DNA of 58,007 bases, filler included, from Platydemus manokwari (lineage: Eukaryota), in NCBI GenBank assembly GCA_037951405.1. It is 4 parts of 4 records of this genome, joined end to end, with 100 filler letters (N's around TTAATTAATTAA, not from the genome) between each part and the next. Parts side by side here need not be neighbours in the genome. Positions count along the whole stretch, not along the records: positions 1 to 26,283 come from JBBMOY011655846.1; positions 26,384 to 38,649 come from JBBMOY010220005.1; positions 38,750 to 48,721 come from JBBMOY011183322.1; 1 more part is not named here. One strand, written 5' to 3'. The notes beneath the pieces are model-generated. The model searched no databases. It was not told the origin of the DNA and saw nothing but the letters and a program-made list of their open reading frames with translations. The position numbers and the translations under genes are program-made. Shown here piece after piece: positions 26,048 through 40,474 of this stretch. Position 1 is the first letter of the stretch. Each line of letters opens with the position of its first letter.

Positions 26048-26283
26048 AAAATTATTGGCTAAAGTTAAGGAAAAACGTCTTAAAATAAAATTTTTAATAT
26101 TGCTGAGTGTATTGCAAAAATCTATATAGTTTATTTAATTAAATTCTCTAAAAACATTTTGAATTATTAGGTGTATAACCTTAAAATTTCGGTTTTTTTT
26201 TGAAAAATATTTATTTATTTAAAGTACATTTTGCATAGTAACATTAATCAAAGTATTCTCCATCAGAAGCTATAACATTTGTC

Positions 26284-26383
26284 NNNNNNNNNNNNNNNNN
26301 NNNNNNNNNNNNNNNNNNNNNNNNNNNTTAATTAATTAANNNNNNNNNNNNNNNNNNNNNNNNNNNNNNNNNNNNNNNNNNNN
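26284..26383. other. Artificial contig spacer N44-TTAATTAATTAA-N44
   Basis: 100-nt linker with stops in all six frames, identical at three places. Confidence 0.98.
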
Positions 26384-26581
26384 CACAGGCCATGCCTCTT
26401 ATTTCGTGATAGTCCTCTCCACATTTGAGTGGCTGTTTTGGGTATAAAAATTAAACTTTCCTGCAATTACAATGCATATATTGTACTTTCTAGAACCATT
26501 TTTTAAAATTATTGCTCTATTCAATCTATTATATTCATTACTTTGCTCTTTATTGCGTGCCAATAATTTCCATATTTCTAG

Positions 26582-26795
26582 CACCACCATCCAGGAGCAA
26601 TCACAACCAAGGACTACCTCCAAATTATCCAAGCCAGAATCAGAAACCGATTTCCTTGTGTAAGGAATCGCAAGTGACTGCGTTCATCCAAAAGTATGTG
26701 TCCAGTGCATACCTGGTGTCTGAGAATGTTAGAGAACTTCATTATATCCTGCCATTTGAGGAGGTCAAGAAAGGATGTTTCGAGAAACTCTTCAC
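26582..26795 (+). CDS. Single exon of an ABCA-subfamily transporter (post-NBD1 regulatory region, ABCA2-like)
   Basis: AG/GT-bounded exon encoding ...CKESQVTAFIQKYVSSAYLVSENVRELHYILPFEEVKKGCFEKLF, matching the ABCA motif V..FI.KHV....LV......EL.Y.LP.E..KKG.FE.LF. No further ABCA exons recognised downstream. Confidence 0.75.
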
Positions 26796-27431
26796 GTAGG
26801 AATTATTTTATTATGAATTAATGATTTATATAATTAATATTTATTGATTAATTTTTCTATTATTCTATTGATTATTTCCAGGTTTTGTTGCATAATCAAT
26901 ATAACAGTTTTTTTTGTATTTTCCCAGCATATTATTTATATGATAAACTATTTTATTAACACATTATATTGAAGGCACTCAACATTCCAAGAGTTTTTGT
27001 CAAAATCTTTGACATCCATCAGAGAAAAACTGATTCGCCTCAAAATCAGAAACATATCGAGAAATTGTATCTCATAAATTTGAAATCGAAAACTATTTCA
27101 TCATCAAATGCTCTGTACCCTGTGTCATTTCATGCAGATCGATTCCATTTAATTAACGATCTTTAACATTCAACTCTAGACTCATTTTTAAAGTTACTTC
27201 CTAAGACAGTTACAGATTGAAATTGAAGATGTTTCATTGTGACTTTTCGTAATTATAATAATGGCACATTATCGATTATTTTTATTTTTAAAAATATTTT
27301 AGCTAAAGACTTCTACAATATAAGTTAAATTAAGATGGTGACGTAGAAGTGAGCAGAGGAATACCAAAATCTGGTTTGTCCTTAAAAAGGGCTAGTTAAA
27401 AATTGATCCTACAAATTCCTCATTAAAACTA

Positions 27432-27500
27432 GCACACAGACACACAGGCACACGGACACACAAGTGCACAAACACCCACCCACCCACCCACACATATATA
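27432..27500. repeat. Compound CA/CACC microsatellite
   Basis: GCACACAGACACACAGGCACACGGACACAC...(CCCA)n...ATATATA. Confidence 0.8.
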
Positions 27501-29659
27501 ATAGAAGGTTTCCAGAACTTGCTTCTTGATTTCATGATTAGTCAATTCGATATTGTCCATGGTCAATTGATAAATTGTATTTTTTTTGAAATTAAGAGAT
27601 GTTTTCTGAGCTTTCGCTTTTCTCAGAAATTGACTTTGAAGAGTAAAATATTAATTATTCCAGTCAATGTTACGTTTTCATTTGTCGGTCAGATATCAAA
27701 AAGTCTCATAATCGATGTTTATCTACATCAATGAATTTTGTGATTAAAAATTTTTTGAAAAACTCGAAAAAGAATAAAAAAAAATTACAAAATAAATGAG
27801 AAAATTTATCAAAACATATTTACTTATTAATTTTCTAAAAAATCAATTAAAACAACAACAACAACATTGATTTGTTTAAATTAATTCTTATTTTCATAGA
27901 AATTTCCTCGCAAAATTAAGCGAAACGTTTTTTTTTTGCCAGAAATTCTTTCAAAATTAAAATTAAAAAATAAATCAATTTCCAATCAATATCAGAAAAA
28001 TTGAATTTAAATTATTGATTAGTTTTGGACTTATTTATTTAATGGATTCCATGATATTAAAAACTTTATTTCAATCACAGCTATTCATAAAGGAACCTGG
28101 TAATGGATCAACAAACAATTTCCCCATCTATCTCCAATGAAAACACAAAAAATCAGTTGAACTATCATCGTAATCGTTCAACCATGATCTAAATAGCTAT
28201 TTGAAAAACACATTCGATAATGGAATTAATCTATGACAAATCACGGTCTCCTCCGTCACTCAACGTTGCCAATGATCAATAAATACAATTCTCCTCAAGT
28301 ACAGTCGGCATCTTCACGATAATTTGATTTAACACCCAGATTCCGACTCCAATACCTCAACTCAGAACAACAAATCATTCTGTCACAGCCACCATCAATG
28401 ACATTTGTATTCACTATTTGTCGATGCACACAAGCATAGTAAAGCCGAGAAATTAAATATCGAAAAACCAATCTAATAAGATGGAGTATCGTCTATTTAT
28501 TTCCTATTCACAACAGCAGTTTCGTCGACACCGATGCGGAATATTCAATTAGCTCGTAAGTGTCGGTTTTAATCAATTGCAAATTTATCTAATTTTCTTT
28601 GACCATCATCGTTGAATTATTTCAATTGACTGCTACTCAATCAACCATATGGACCACATTCTGAATCCAGTATGAATTTTGCAGTATAAAAATATATGAA
28701 ACCTTTATAAATTGTATTGTAATTAAAATTTGAATTATTTAATAACCCATTAACTACTTATTATAATAAACACTAAATAATAATCTTTAAAAATGATTTC
28801 ACAACAATTCATATTTTTGAAAATGATGAAACTTATTAAACGATATTAATAAAATATCAATGATATGTATAGCATTGTCAAACTAATTATTATCACCATT
28901 ATGATTGTTATATAATAAAAAATTATTGATAATTAAAATATTTTTTAGCTTTTGTTTGATTTGTGCAGCCCAATTTCATAGCAGCGTAAAAGCATTAGTT
29001 GGAATTAGTCAATTCGGGCTCTGTTGTCGGTATTGCCTTCTGTAATTTTAAATATCCGAAGTCCTGACGAGTGTTATCAATACTTTCTTTAGTGCGATTG
29101 TCTTGAAAGCAATGCCTCACTTCAGTGTCAGTGAGTTTCATCTATAATTTCTAGATTGGATTGACAAAACATGTTTATCCATTCATCAGTTTGATTGTGG
29201 TACCAGATATGAGCATTTATATGAGCATATATTACACATAATTAATATAATAAGAAAAACTCAATAAAATGTTTTCATTACTTGTTTATTAATATTGCTT
29301 GCAAATAAAAAATAATAATATTAATAATAATATTAAGGACAATATTAATAATATAATAATGGGCATAATGGTTTGGTTGTAAATATCTGCATTTTGCATC
29401 AGATTATTCGGGTCAAGAAGACACTTGACATATGAGAAGATTCTTTGACTGAGGGAATCTTAAAAACATTAATTCACTAGATATTTAGAGATACGTTCGA
29501 GACCAACTCAATAAATTTTATTTTGAAATAACAAAAGCATCTCATTAGCCATTTACAATCATTTGCTTAATTTCTAAGTAATTACTACTCTTGACATATT
29601 CAAGCCACAATGAAGTTTAGTAATTAAGAAACTAAGAGTCTGTCAATGCTTTGTAGATT

Positions 29660-30000
29660 TCAACGAATACTTGAAGAAGATTGGTACTCTTCTATATTAC
29701 TAGAACTCCGCAAAAAGGGGTTTTCGGATCGACTTAAAGTTTATCAAGACATCTTTGCAGTTATTTTGTCGATAAAATTGTTGAGTGAGATAAAATTCTG
29801 CTAAAGAAAAACGGATTTGCACCTTGGAACCCTTGCTTAAGCACTTTAAGCATTTGCATATCTACACAACCATACAGGCATAGCAACCAGTCAATAACAT
29901 TGGATTTTGATAGTAAACGACAATTAGAAGAAGTGGCATAGCCACACAACAACACGCACATAGGGATTGGTCAATCCCACTCATGCAAAAACTTAAAAGC
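29660..30000 (+). mobile_element. Highly decayed Gypsy-like integrase fragment
   Basis: Frame fragments GFAPWNP / HFKHLHIY / WILIVNDN*KKW resemble the gypsy integrase core start (HPW..P..PW.RLHIDF...LIVVD.YSKW). Confidence 0.4.
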
Positions 30001-33000
30001 CTAATAGGAACATGGAAAAGCAAATTTCGAATTAAAATGTGATACAGCATGATACAAAAAATTGCACACAAATCTCGAATAAAATATCGATGTCAAGATG
30101 ATCAACTGTCAGTTGGAAGCCAGGTTTTGTTTATACTTTGAGAAGTATATTGAGTGGATTTGTTTTATTAGTCGAACTGAGTAGTACGCAGTTGAAATAA
30201 AATTTTATACTTCTAGTTTTAGAGTCAGTGATTAGTTAATTGTTAAAGAGTATCTCAACACTATCAAGGAATAAATGAGTATTTCTAAGGTTTAAGCAAA
30301 AATGCACAATTTAGCTATTTTTGCTGATGTGTCTAATAATATTTATAGATTGTCGATATATTTGGCCAAATTAACAAGATTATTAGCATAGACAACGAGG
30401 AAAAATCTTTGTTGAAAATCTCATAATCATTATTATTATTCTACTCCGACGATGTGAAAGGCGTAGTGATTATCAATACACATAAAAGTGTAGAAAGGAT
30501 ACAGTGTTGGTTTAAGATTATCTATTGCATTTGAATGTAGAATGTCAGTAAATACTTTATAGCTCGATTTTGATAGCGCTATCAATCACCTTCGAAATTG
30601 ATCCTTGATAAATCTATTTTGATTTTGAAATCAGTAAGTGTCTAAGCTGTTTTAATCCAGAGGGAACATTTTGGTAACTATAATTTCAATGGAAAATGCT
30701 GAAAAAGTTTATCTTTGAAATTTAGCACCTTAAGATGTGAATAGTTCGCATTATCTGAGCATTGGATTTGAGCGTCTTCACAATTTTAAGAGTATTATGA
30801 CTAAATAATTTCCATTTCGTGAATGTTGGTTTGCTGACGGAGGTCATTTGGTAAAACACCTTTTGTGCTGCCTCCGTGCACCACAAATAACTTCAGCCTA
30901 GAATGCCAAAAATAGACAACTCCGAAATGTTGATCAAATTCCTTAAACGAATCCCGAAACTTGTTTAACATTTCTAGCATCTCCATCCGTAGAATTTATT
31001 TAATTTCATGTCACTACCGTATTGACAGATTAAATAAACATTCATGAACTTATTTTAAGTTCAAATACAAGTATCTAAGTCCTTACGCGCTTGAATTATT
31101 TCCCAATCGTTTTTCTTGTAAAATAGCTCTAAAAATTTTAAACAATGAACCATTTTGTTTTAATATTAAAACAGTTTATTCGCTAATTTTCAATAAATTG
31201 CAATTTGATCTATTTAGACCGATTTTCCAAATAATCTATTTTTAGGAAATTTTAAACTTTTTTCAAGTTATTTTTGTGTTTAAAAATACTAAATTCATTT
31301 TAGATATTTAAATAAAAAGTTAAAAATGATTTTAATGAATACAATTAAATAAACTATATAGATTTTTGCAACACACTTAACAAATTAAAATTTTCATTTT
31401 ATTACTCTTTTTCTTAAATTTAGACAATTCATTCTAAAAAATATTTTAAGATACGCGATAAAATTTTTGAAAAAAGTTGAAATAGAACTTAATGAATGAA
31501 ATAAATTTTTATAAAGCAAAAAAAATATTTAAAATAATTCATCTGAATTTAGAATAAAATGAATTCTTAAAATTAAAATAATTTATTTTAATGATACAAA
31601 TAATATACTACAGTTTTTTTTCAGATGAACCGAGTCACATAGAACAAGAATAGAAAGCAAAAAATATTAACCACGTTATACATAACGATAAAATATTAAA
31701 ATTAACAATAAACGTCACCAAAATTAAGATGTTGCTAAAAATAGTAACTGGCTTCTTTAGAGATACTAAAAATAATCACAATGTGTGATATTAAAAATAG
31801 TAAATAGAAAAACTCAGACATTTACTGGCACATTATTTAGTCAGTCACATTTTCACGAGGACAAAATTCTCAGACAATTTAGAATTACCAATTTTTCAGA
31901 TCTTGATTTTGGGAAATTGATTTTTACGTAGATTCCTCCAAATTTGATTTTATCATTATTATAATTGTCTAGTAATAAATAGAAATATTTCTTCGTTGCT
32001 TATTTTATCAAGAATTTCTGAAAAATAAATGCATTAATCGGAAATTATTTTTGGCACTTTAATACAAAGAGATAGGTAAATATTTTGTTGTATTTAAGCC
32101 TTCGGCTACCTCCATAACCATGTTATTTTCTTAAACATATTAGATATTTATCCTTAAAGTTCCCCATTTACATTTGTATTCACAAGTGTGTCCTGCATAT
32201 GAGTTAGGTACACTCGGCTCCTTTTCCCAGAGGTGTCTTTCATTCATTAACTAGAATTGTAATGATTTTTAGTGTATTTGAAAGTATCAATTTTTATTTA
32301 ATAGATTTTATTGTGTTGATTGCGTTCAATTATTTTATGCCCTGTTGAGGATACACCCAATCCAAACACAAATCCAAACACATTCAACACCTAATTCCTT
32401 ATCTTTATTCCTTAATTAAAATTCTTACACAATTCCAACAACACATACAAATTCAAACAACACATCAGTCCACATTCCTTAATCAATTGCACATCTAAAA
32501 ATCATGATCTGTAATTACAATCCACACAACAATCCCATTTTTTTTAATCAACTCTCATCGAATAATCAAGTCCCAACTCAATCGCCCATTACCGACTTCG
32601 ATTCCCATTAAACAACAATAAACTTTTAACTGATAATTATTTGACAGTGATTTAATTTAATTTGACTTACGTTTTAATTGTTATTGATTGATGAACTCTT
32701 AAATTATCTTTGCTTTGCTTAAAAATTACCTTTGATCTTTGATTGTGGAATAATTATCTAGTAGTTGTGGATCCATTCTTTTAATTTGTAAACCAGAAGA
32801 TGGAAGTTATAGAGAGTAACACAAGGTTGAGCAGGGTTAATTAAAAATCAAATAATAAAAACAGGAACAAAATCACAATAGCAATAATAACGATTAATAA
32901 GAAACAAAACATATCAATCGGGTGGACACAACAACATAAATAATATTAATATAAGAAAGAAAGAATAAGAAAAGTAAATTATGTTAAATGTTAGAAAATA

Positions 33001-33029
33001 TAATAATAATAATAGTAAGGATATTGGTA

Positions 33030-33058
<29 letters not shown>
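33001..33058. repeat. (AAT)n microsatellite
   Basis: Interrupted TAA run. Confidence 0.9.
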
Positions 33059-33060
<2 letters not shown>

Positions 33061-35687
33061 GTAAAATTCATGAATATAGAATAAAATATTTAGTTTTATC
33101 TGATCGGAAAGAAAGAAATCAGGTACTTTTTCTTGTTTTTATTTGACAATTGTATTTTAATTCTTCCTAAATAAATATTTTAATACATTAATTCAACGAT
33201 TTTGATTATATCTTCATCCATAAGTAATCTTTAACTTATAATCTTCACATTATAGTTCACCAACTGGTTGCAATGGTACGTTTAATTCCTTGTTACTATA
33301 GTCAATAATAACGAGGTTTGTCATTAAAACCTTAAGATATTTTTCAATGATTTCCGATCGCTTCGTCCTCATACGAGCTATTGGAGCCCTCATACAGCTA
33401 GATAAAATAACCAAACCCACGACCCATAAATTTATCTAATATCTATGTCAAGTATTTCAAGTCTGGTTACATTTTATTTCGGACAAATACTATATCAATA
33501 AATAATATTAATAATAATAAACCAAAACCAAGGATTAAAGTCGGATATACATAGTTTATTTTTACAAGAAACGCAACTCAATTACCGCCAGAAATTAGAT
33601 ATTTAGTGGAAAGATCTTAACAAGTGTCAGCTAATAGCTCTAGATAAATCTTGCATGTGAGTATAGTGAATAATCAATTATTGGTAAAAATGCCAGTGAT
33701 TCATCTCGAATAAAACCATAAATTCTAACATCAGTATATTAACACACACACATATATATAAATTCAATAAAATAAATAAAATTTAATAATAATAATAATA
33801 ATAACTGATAATGAAATATATAATTTAAATTCTCTCAAATTAGATACAAATACTCAGTACGAAAATATCGATTAAGTTTCAAAACAAGGAAACTGAAGTA
33901 AACAGGTTTAAATTTTAACATTTGAGTCTCATCAAACTAAGAGCAGTCACGTATATCTAAATAACAATGCTAGGATCCCGGATTTGACTAAATAGGTTGA
34001 TTATTAAATCTCAACTCCATGAAAACTCTGGAAATTTAACAGAAATAATAACAGAAAGTAGTTTTAATTTTCATTTCTGTTAAATATATTAATAAAATGA
34101 TTTAAAAACAAAAGAGTGAAAGAACTATGATTTTTCACCAATATGTAATTCCGGCTTCAACGACCTACACAAAAATTCATAAAAAGACAATAATAGTTCC
34201 ATGATCAAGTACCAATCAAAAGACAACGCAAAAATAGATTTTTGAAAACCTACAATGTTTCGAATGAAAATTTCCATTTAATGATAAATAAATACTGATA
34301 TTCAAACTAATTTGGTATGATTTCTAATATCTAGATAGTACACAAGCTCTCACTGTAATCCGATCCTATCTCGGCGATTTTTAATTAACGTTTTCTAACT
34401 AACTATATAGTGATAGGGTGAATTTAATGACTTTATTTTCCATAGTCTTTCTTTGTTTTCTCTATTTTTATTGGTGGATATTATATTGCAAAGTCATTTT
34501 TTTAGCTTCCATTTTCGTGATTTAAATTCATTCAATCAAGTTGTTTATATTATAATACTAATTTTAGTTACTTTTAATTTACTTTTCCATTTTTCTATTA
34601 TTAATTTTTTAATACTAATGTTTTTAATTAAAAAAGTAATATTAAATAAAATTATATAACAATAACAAGGTTTAATTAATAATAAAATGAGATTTTGTTT
34701 TACAATTTTGAAAACTAATATCTGACAAAACCCGGTGTATTCAAAAATTTATTTAAATATCGTGATAAAATCTAAAATGTAGTTAACATTAAAGCTATGG
34801 ATTTAAGCGTTCAGGAAATAAATGAAAAATGCTGATTTAATGAAAATAATTTCATAATAATTTGAATGTATAATTAAATCGTTTTTAATATTAAATTTTA
34901 AATCAACTAAAGAAAATAATTAATAAATAATATGAAAATCACCATAAAAATTATGATTTACAAGTTGCTCTGCGCCACTATTCATTGCCAGTTGAGATTG
35001 AATGTCTTGCTAATCATGAAAATTATTTATTCCGGAAGCTTTATTTAATTTTATAAATTGACAAAGTGATTGTCGCAGAAAATTAATAAAGCGACTAAAA
35101 TACAAAATCCAAGAACTTTCGGCTAGTAATAGATAAAAGCAAGTTTGCCTTTTTTTGTTGATTAACCCGGTTGAACGATGATAGAAATTCATTGATTCGA
35201 ATGATTATTTGAAGTCACTTCTCAATTCAATATTTATCAACAAAATCGCGATTGTTCATTTGTTTAACTGAACACATCATATATTTTCAAATCCATTCCA
35301 AACCTACCATTGGTATAGTTAGCATTATTATTATTTGAACACTTATTCAATATTTTTTCGGTATAACATTTCAGAATAATAAAACAAAGAAAATAATATC
35401 TAAGTAAAGCCGTCTATTAACAAATATTTACACTTTATTAAATAATTTCAAATATTCACTAACATCGTAGAAAATTAAAATCACAAAAAGTTGTTTAATA
35501 GAAAATGTCAGGTAAAAAATCTTTACAATAAAATAACCCAACGAAGTTCAGCAATATCTATCGATTAAAATCAATTATTGTATAAAGGGTAGTGCATACA
35601 ATGTAAACAATAATCGGATAACGAAGAGACAAAACACGAAAGCTTAATTTACTGTAACGAATACTATTTTGAAAGAGATATAAAAGC

Positions 35688-36771
35688 TCATCGGATAGTA
35701 ATGGTACCAGTGGCACTATCATTTCTACTACTACCACTACTGGAAGAAAGATATACCGGTGGTATGTTGTTATTGCTTCCAGCATTGATTGAATTTGTCG
35801 ATGAAACAGATGACGATACTGTCATCCAATAAACCTCTAAGAGTAATTGTTCTTTGAGACAGTTTGTCAAAACACTCAATCCAGATCCCTTCCAATCTTG
35901 ATTCGTCCGAAGGCTTCCAATCAATGGAGCACTGCCTCGTCGACGCTGAATGTAGGCGGAAGCATTTAGTGATGTCCTTGGTCCAGATGAACTCTTTTTC
36001 GTATTGTTTGATTCTTCCCAAGCCGATGGAATTGGGAAAGCTTGCACCATTAATGGAAGACTACCTCGACGACGACCATGATTAGAGACGGAACTCGCTC
36101 TGGGATGTTGAGGGAGAGATCCTCTACGGTACGATGGTATTTGGCCTGCTGAAGGCCGAGCAAAAGTTATCATGGTTGTTGATAGTCTATGTCTTGGTTG
36201 CTGCTTTGTCAAAGAATTAAACACATTGTCAGGTAAAGAGAGTCTTCTATGAACATCTGGACAAACTTTGGTACTACAAGCAGATACTAATGTTGTTTCC
36301 TCGGTCAAGGTTGCCAAACCTGGCATAGGGGATGTAGAAGTCAGTGCAGAGCAATTTGCTACAGATAAGTCGATTTTTGCAGATGAATTATTAACAACTT
36401 TGGCTGAAACAGCAGAAAATCGTTGCTTATATATTTCCCATTGGTTGAGATTGATGTCAACATATTTGATTAATAAAGCAGATAGAGGAGATTTAAGAAA
36501 TAAGTTCCACTGAGTTACAAGAGGACGTACAATGAATCGAATGAACCCTAAAGAAAATTTCAAATCAATGATAAATCAAAATTATGATAATACCCAATTG
36601 GATATCTGCTTTCGTTGTCATGCACCGGTCATGTGTAGGCATCACAGACAGTCCTTGAGTTTTCTCCATATCGCCTTGAAGAAAAAATTCTTCGCATACC
36701 AAACTTGCCCAACCCAGAGTGACAGGCCAACACCGGCACGGATTACTGATATCCGCACATTTCAGAGCCAA
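35688..36771 (-). CDS. Cyclic-nucleotide phosphodiesterase, PDE7-like, last two exons (5' partial)
   Basis: Exon 36771-36594 encodes LALKCADISNPCR.W....W...VCEEFFLQGDMEK..GL.V.P..DR.....ADIQLG. After a 46-nt intron, exon 36547-35688 encodes FIRFIVRPL..QW..F...LS..L..V..N..QW plus a long Ser-rich tail. The NPCR, IQLG and post-catalytic pattern resemble PDE7. Confidence 0.88.
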
Positions 36772-38649
36772 CTATATTAACCAAGCAATAAATATAATAA
36801 TTCCCTTTTCGAATAAAATACTGGAATCTTAAAAATAAGATCAGCAAAAAAAAACCGGATTACATCAATCATTCTCAATTTTACAAACACGGTCAATTTC
36901 AATCTTGTCATGGTTGGTTATTTATAATTATTTTGATTGGTCATTGAAATTGCATTGTTTGTTGTGAGAGTTGGTTTTTATGTAAATTTTGTGCTTCCAA
37001 GACTCTCAAATGGATTTAAAAATTTTATATTGAAAGAATTGTTTAATTATTAAATTCAAAATCAAAAACACTGAAAGGTTAAACAGTGTAATCAATCAAT
37101 ATCATCAATAAACAAAATAAGACAGATTATGAATCAATATCAAATCACCAAGTGCGTTCAGCACCCAAAAGAATGAAAGATGGATAACCGTTTACCGATC
37201 ACAAAGACTTGAAGTTGTTTTCAAGAGTCCACTCTTTTTGAAAGCTGTATTACATGTAACTACTTGCTGCTGAGAGTTCTGCTTTTCATTTGTTAAAACT
37301 ATTTATAAACTTGTCTATTTCTGAGTTTTCTTCTATTCGTCGTCTCATTGGTTCATTAATTTGTTTGTCGCATTCTGTGTGCTTGTGCTATTAAAAACTT
37401 CAAATAATTGCTAATTTAAGGTTTGAGATTGGTTATTGAAGTAATGTAAGTGTGTTATCTGAAAGAGTACATAAACTTGTAGGTCTCATGATTTTTTAAC
37501 TATTTCAGGTATGCTTAACATATTGCTGAAAACAATACCAGTAAAAAGATAACGTTGGGAACAAGAGCAAAGATGTATACATTGAGAAATCTTAAGATTG
37601 CATTTTAGATTTAGAAATATTTTATTATTTTGCGATGTTTAAATAGACTGTGAGATAATTTGATAAAATTATAAATATCATTGGTGTCCACAAGTGGGAT
37701 TCTAAGTATAATATTTCCGGAAATCCTTAATGATATATTTATGATATATAAATGAGTTGATCAAATTTTATTAAGTAGAATATTTAAAAATCATTTCAGC
37801 TTTAAAATCCCAAAAGCTCAAAAAGCCATTTTGACTTTTATAATTTTTATAACAAAACCTTACACAATCCATTTAAAATTGGACAAGAAATATCAAGATT
37901 TCAACGCTCAGGCTAGAAAAATTAAAGAAAAACTAATCTAAAACAACATAGGTTTATTTTCTTTATTAATTTGGGTTAAATCAATGATATTTACAAAATT
38001 GTCTTTAAAATCTTGACACTTGCAACTCTTCAAAAAGCCACCGGGGATACAGATATTGGGAAATATAAATTTTCAACTTAAACAAGAAGTGTTAATGAAA
38101 TTGTAATCATAATTTTAGCCAATCGAATTTAACCACTTTAAAGTAAAATTTGAAAATTATTTATCGATATTAACCGAAACATTGATATTAAACCAAATAA
38201 ATCAATAACCTTTAGTAAACAGTGAATTGCTTTTCGATTAAAATGATAGTGCGAGTGTATTTTATTATGTGAGGTGATATTAGCAGACCTAGATTACAAT
38301 TTAAAATCAATTCATTACGAATTAAAGACGACAAAAACATCAACATCTCAATTTAACATGAAAAGAGCAATCGAAACCATAAGAGCGTATTATGTGCGTG
38401 AAGAAGTTCTAAGTAGCAAACCACAATATGTCAGTTAAGTATTGAATTGGAAATTTTTAATTTAAATTTAAATTTTAACTGTTTTTAGTGTTACTGGTGA
38501 AATTATTTTGAAATTTTTATAATTTTGTTTCTTAATTTTTTAAATTTTAAAAATAAAAGACACAGTCAAAGAAATATTAGGTTGTAAATAAAGTTCGCGG
38601 ACAAAATTGTAAATAAAAATTTGCCATCACGTTTTGCCATCGATTTATT

Positions 38650-38749
38650 NNNNNNNNNNNNNNNNNNNNNNNNNNNNNNNNNNNNNNNNNNNNTTAATTA
38701 ATTAANNNNNNNNNNNNNNNNNNNNNNNNNNNNNNNNNNNNNNNNNNNN
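38650..38749. other. Artificial contig spacer
   Basis: N44-TTAATTAATTAA-N44. Confidence 0.98.
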
Positions 38750-38880
38750 CTCTTCTTTCCAATTACTATTTTCATCTTTCTTTCTAATTCCTCCTCTATT
38801 TTTAGATTTCCTTTAATTTAAATGTGGTAATTTATTTTTAGATCTGGTTATGACTTAACGAGTCTAAAAATATTTCCATG

Positions 38881-38882
<2 letters not shown>

Positions 38883-38931
<49 letters not shown>

Positions 38932-38938
38932 CATTATT
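38883..38938. repeat. (TAT)n microsatellite
   Basis: About 18 TTA units. Confidence 0.95.
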
Positions 38939-40474
38939 TGTTAACTGGATTGATTTGCACCCAACAGAATGTTATTCCTTTCCAACGTTCGAATTAGAAA
39001 ATTTCATGACTGTTTCATGATTGAAAATTGATTTTAAAAAATTTATAGATTAAATTTCTAAATATTTCATAATAATTAATTAATTATTACTTTACGTTTA
39101 TAATTAATTACTATTATCAATCAGGTTCACAAAGGACCCAATTTCTTTTTTGTATTTATAATCAGTGTGGTCAAAATATTGGTTGGTTTGAAATATGAAT
39201 TTTAAAACTTATTTTTTGTAACCCCTATATTTGCGTATCGCAACATAATAAATACTGAAAATCTATTCTTAGCCATTTATGGCTTTCGTAAATTGAAGTT
39301 TTTTAGGACATTTACAATCTAAGGAGGCATTTCATTTTCTCTTAATATGAATAAAAAATTCTACTAAAGAGTATGCTGAATCACGTTTTTATTGATAAAT
39401 TGTATTTATTAATTATTCAAATTTATAAATATAAAAGTTAAAAACTATGATAAATGGTATGCAGAAAAATAGGAAAAAAATAACATTACTATACATTTCT
39501 GAGTGAAAAAGCTTTATTTAGTAGTTCATTATTTAGAGAAATATTTTAATTTTAAAGCAATTTATCGAATTGATAGTTTTTGTAAAGCGGATCAACCAAT
39601 TACACATTCAACCAATCAGAGCTTACCACAAATGATGTTCGTACAAGGAGATTATAATTGATTTACCTAATTAACTAAAGAACATGCACTCTCCCTTTTA
39701 TTTATATATTTTTTTATCTCATTAAATTTTATAAAAGTTTGTTTGTTGTGGGTATTATGCATATTTATTATTTTGAAATTATTGTATTTATGTATTATTC
39801 AGTTATTTATTATTTAAATTAGTCCACTTAACGAACTCGTAAAGCTTAAGAAAATCGTATTAAGATTATGATCATCAGGGATCCTAAAGCTATATCTTAG
39901 TTATGTATTAATATTAATAAATATTGTGATAATGAATATGTTTAAATATTCGTGAATAAAATATTAACAATCGTTTAAATTAGTTTAACATAGGAACAAT
40001 TGAATGGAACTTATTAATGATCGTTTTACTTCAAACTAATAAAACAATATTATCGTCGTTAAATAAATTGATAACATTAATTTGAACATTAAATCTCATT
40101 TGAGTTCCATTGAATTTATTTTTTACTATAGTCGATAAAGTTATCATTCCAAGTGTAAAAATAGTAATAATATCAATTATATACTAATAGTACAAATGTC
40201 TAGGTTGGTTATCACGTGACACTAATAAATACAAACAATCATATGATGATTTACTTTACGCACTCTCAGCATGATCAGTGTATATTTAATCTGGGGGCAC
40301 TAGATTTGTACATCGACAAAAAGATTATAATCATAATCACTTGTGTGTACGCTTATTGATTTTAATTATTTTTTGTTTTTGATTTATTCGCTATTGTAAT
40401 CATTAATTATTTAACCAAATATTTTTTTTTAAATCAATAAGGAATACGAATAATGAAATCATATATATTTTCAG

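Noticed and set aside
29029-29117. Hammerhead-ribozyme-like CTGACGA...GAAA with a flanking stem
   Set aside because: Stem II lacks the closing pair before GAAA, and the UH cleavage site does not register with stem III.
30801-30986. LFVVHGG resembling a PPP phosphatase motif
   Set aside because: Isolated motif without other phosphatase signatures or clear splice sites.
32343-32646. C/A-rich tract with TG...CA ends, possible solo LTR
   Set aside because: No TSD, partner LTR, PBS or PPT.
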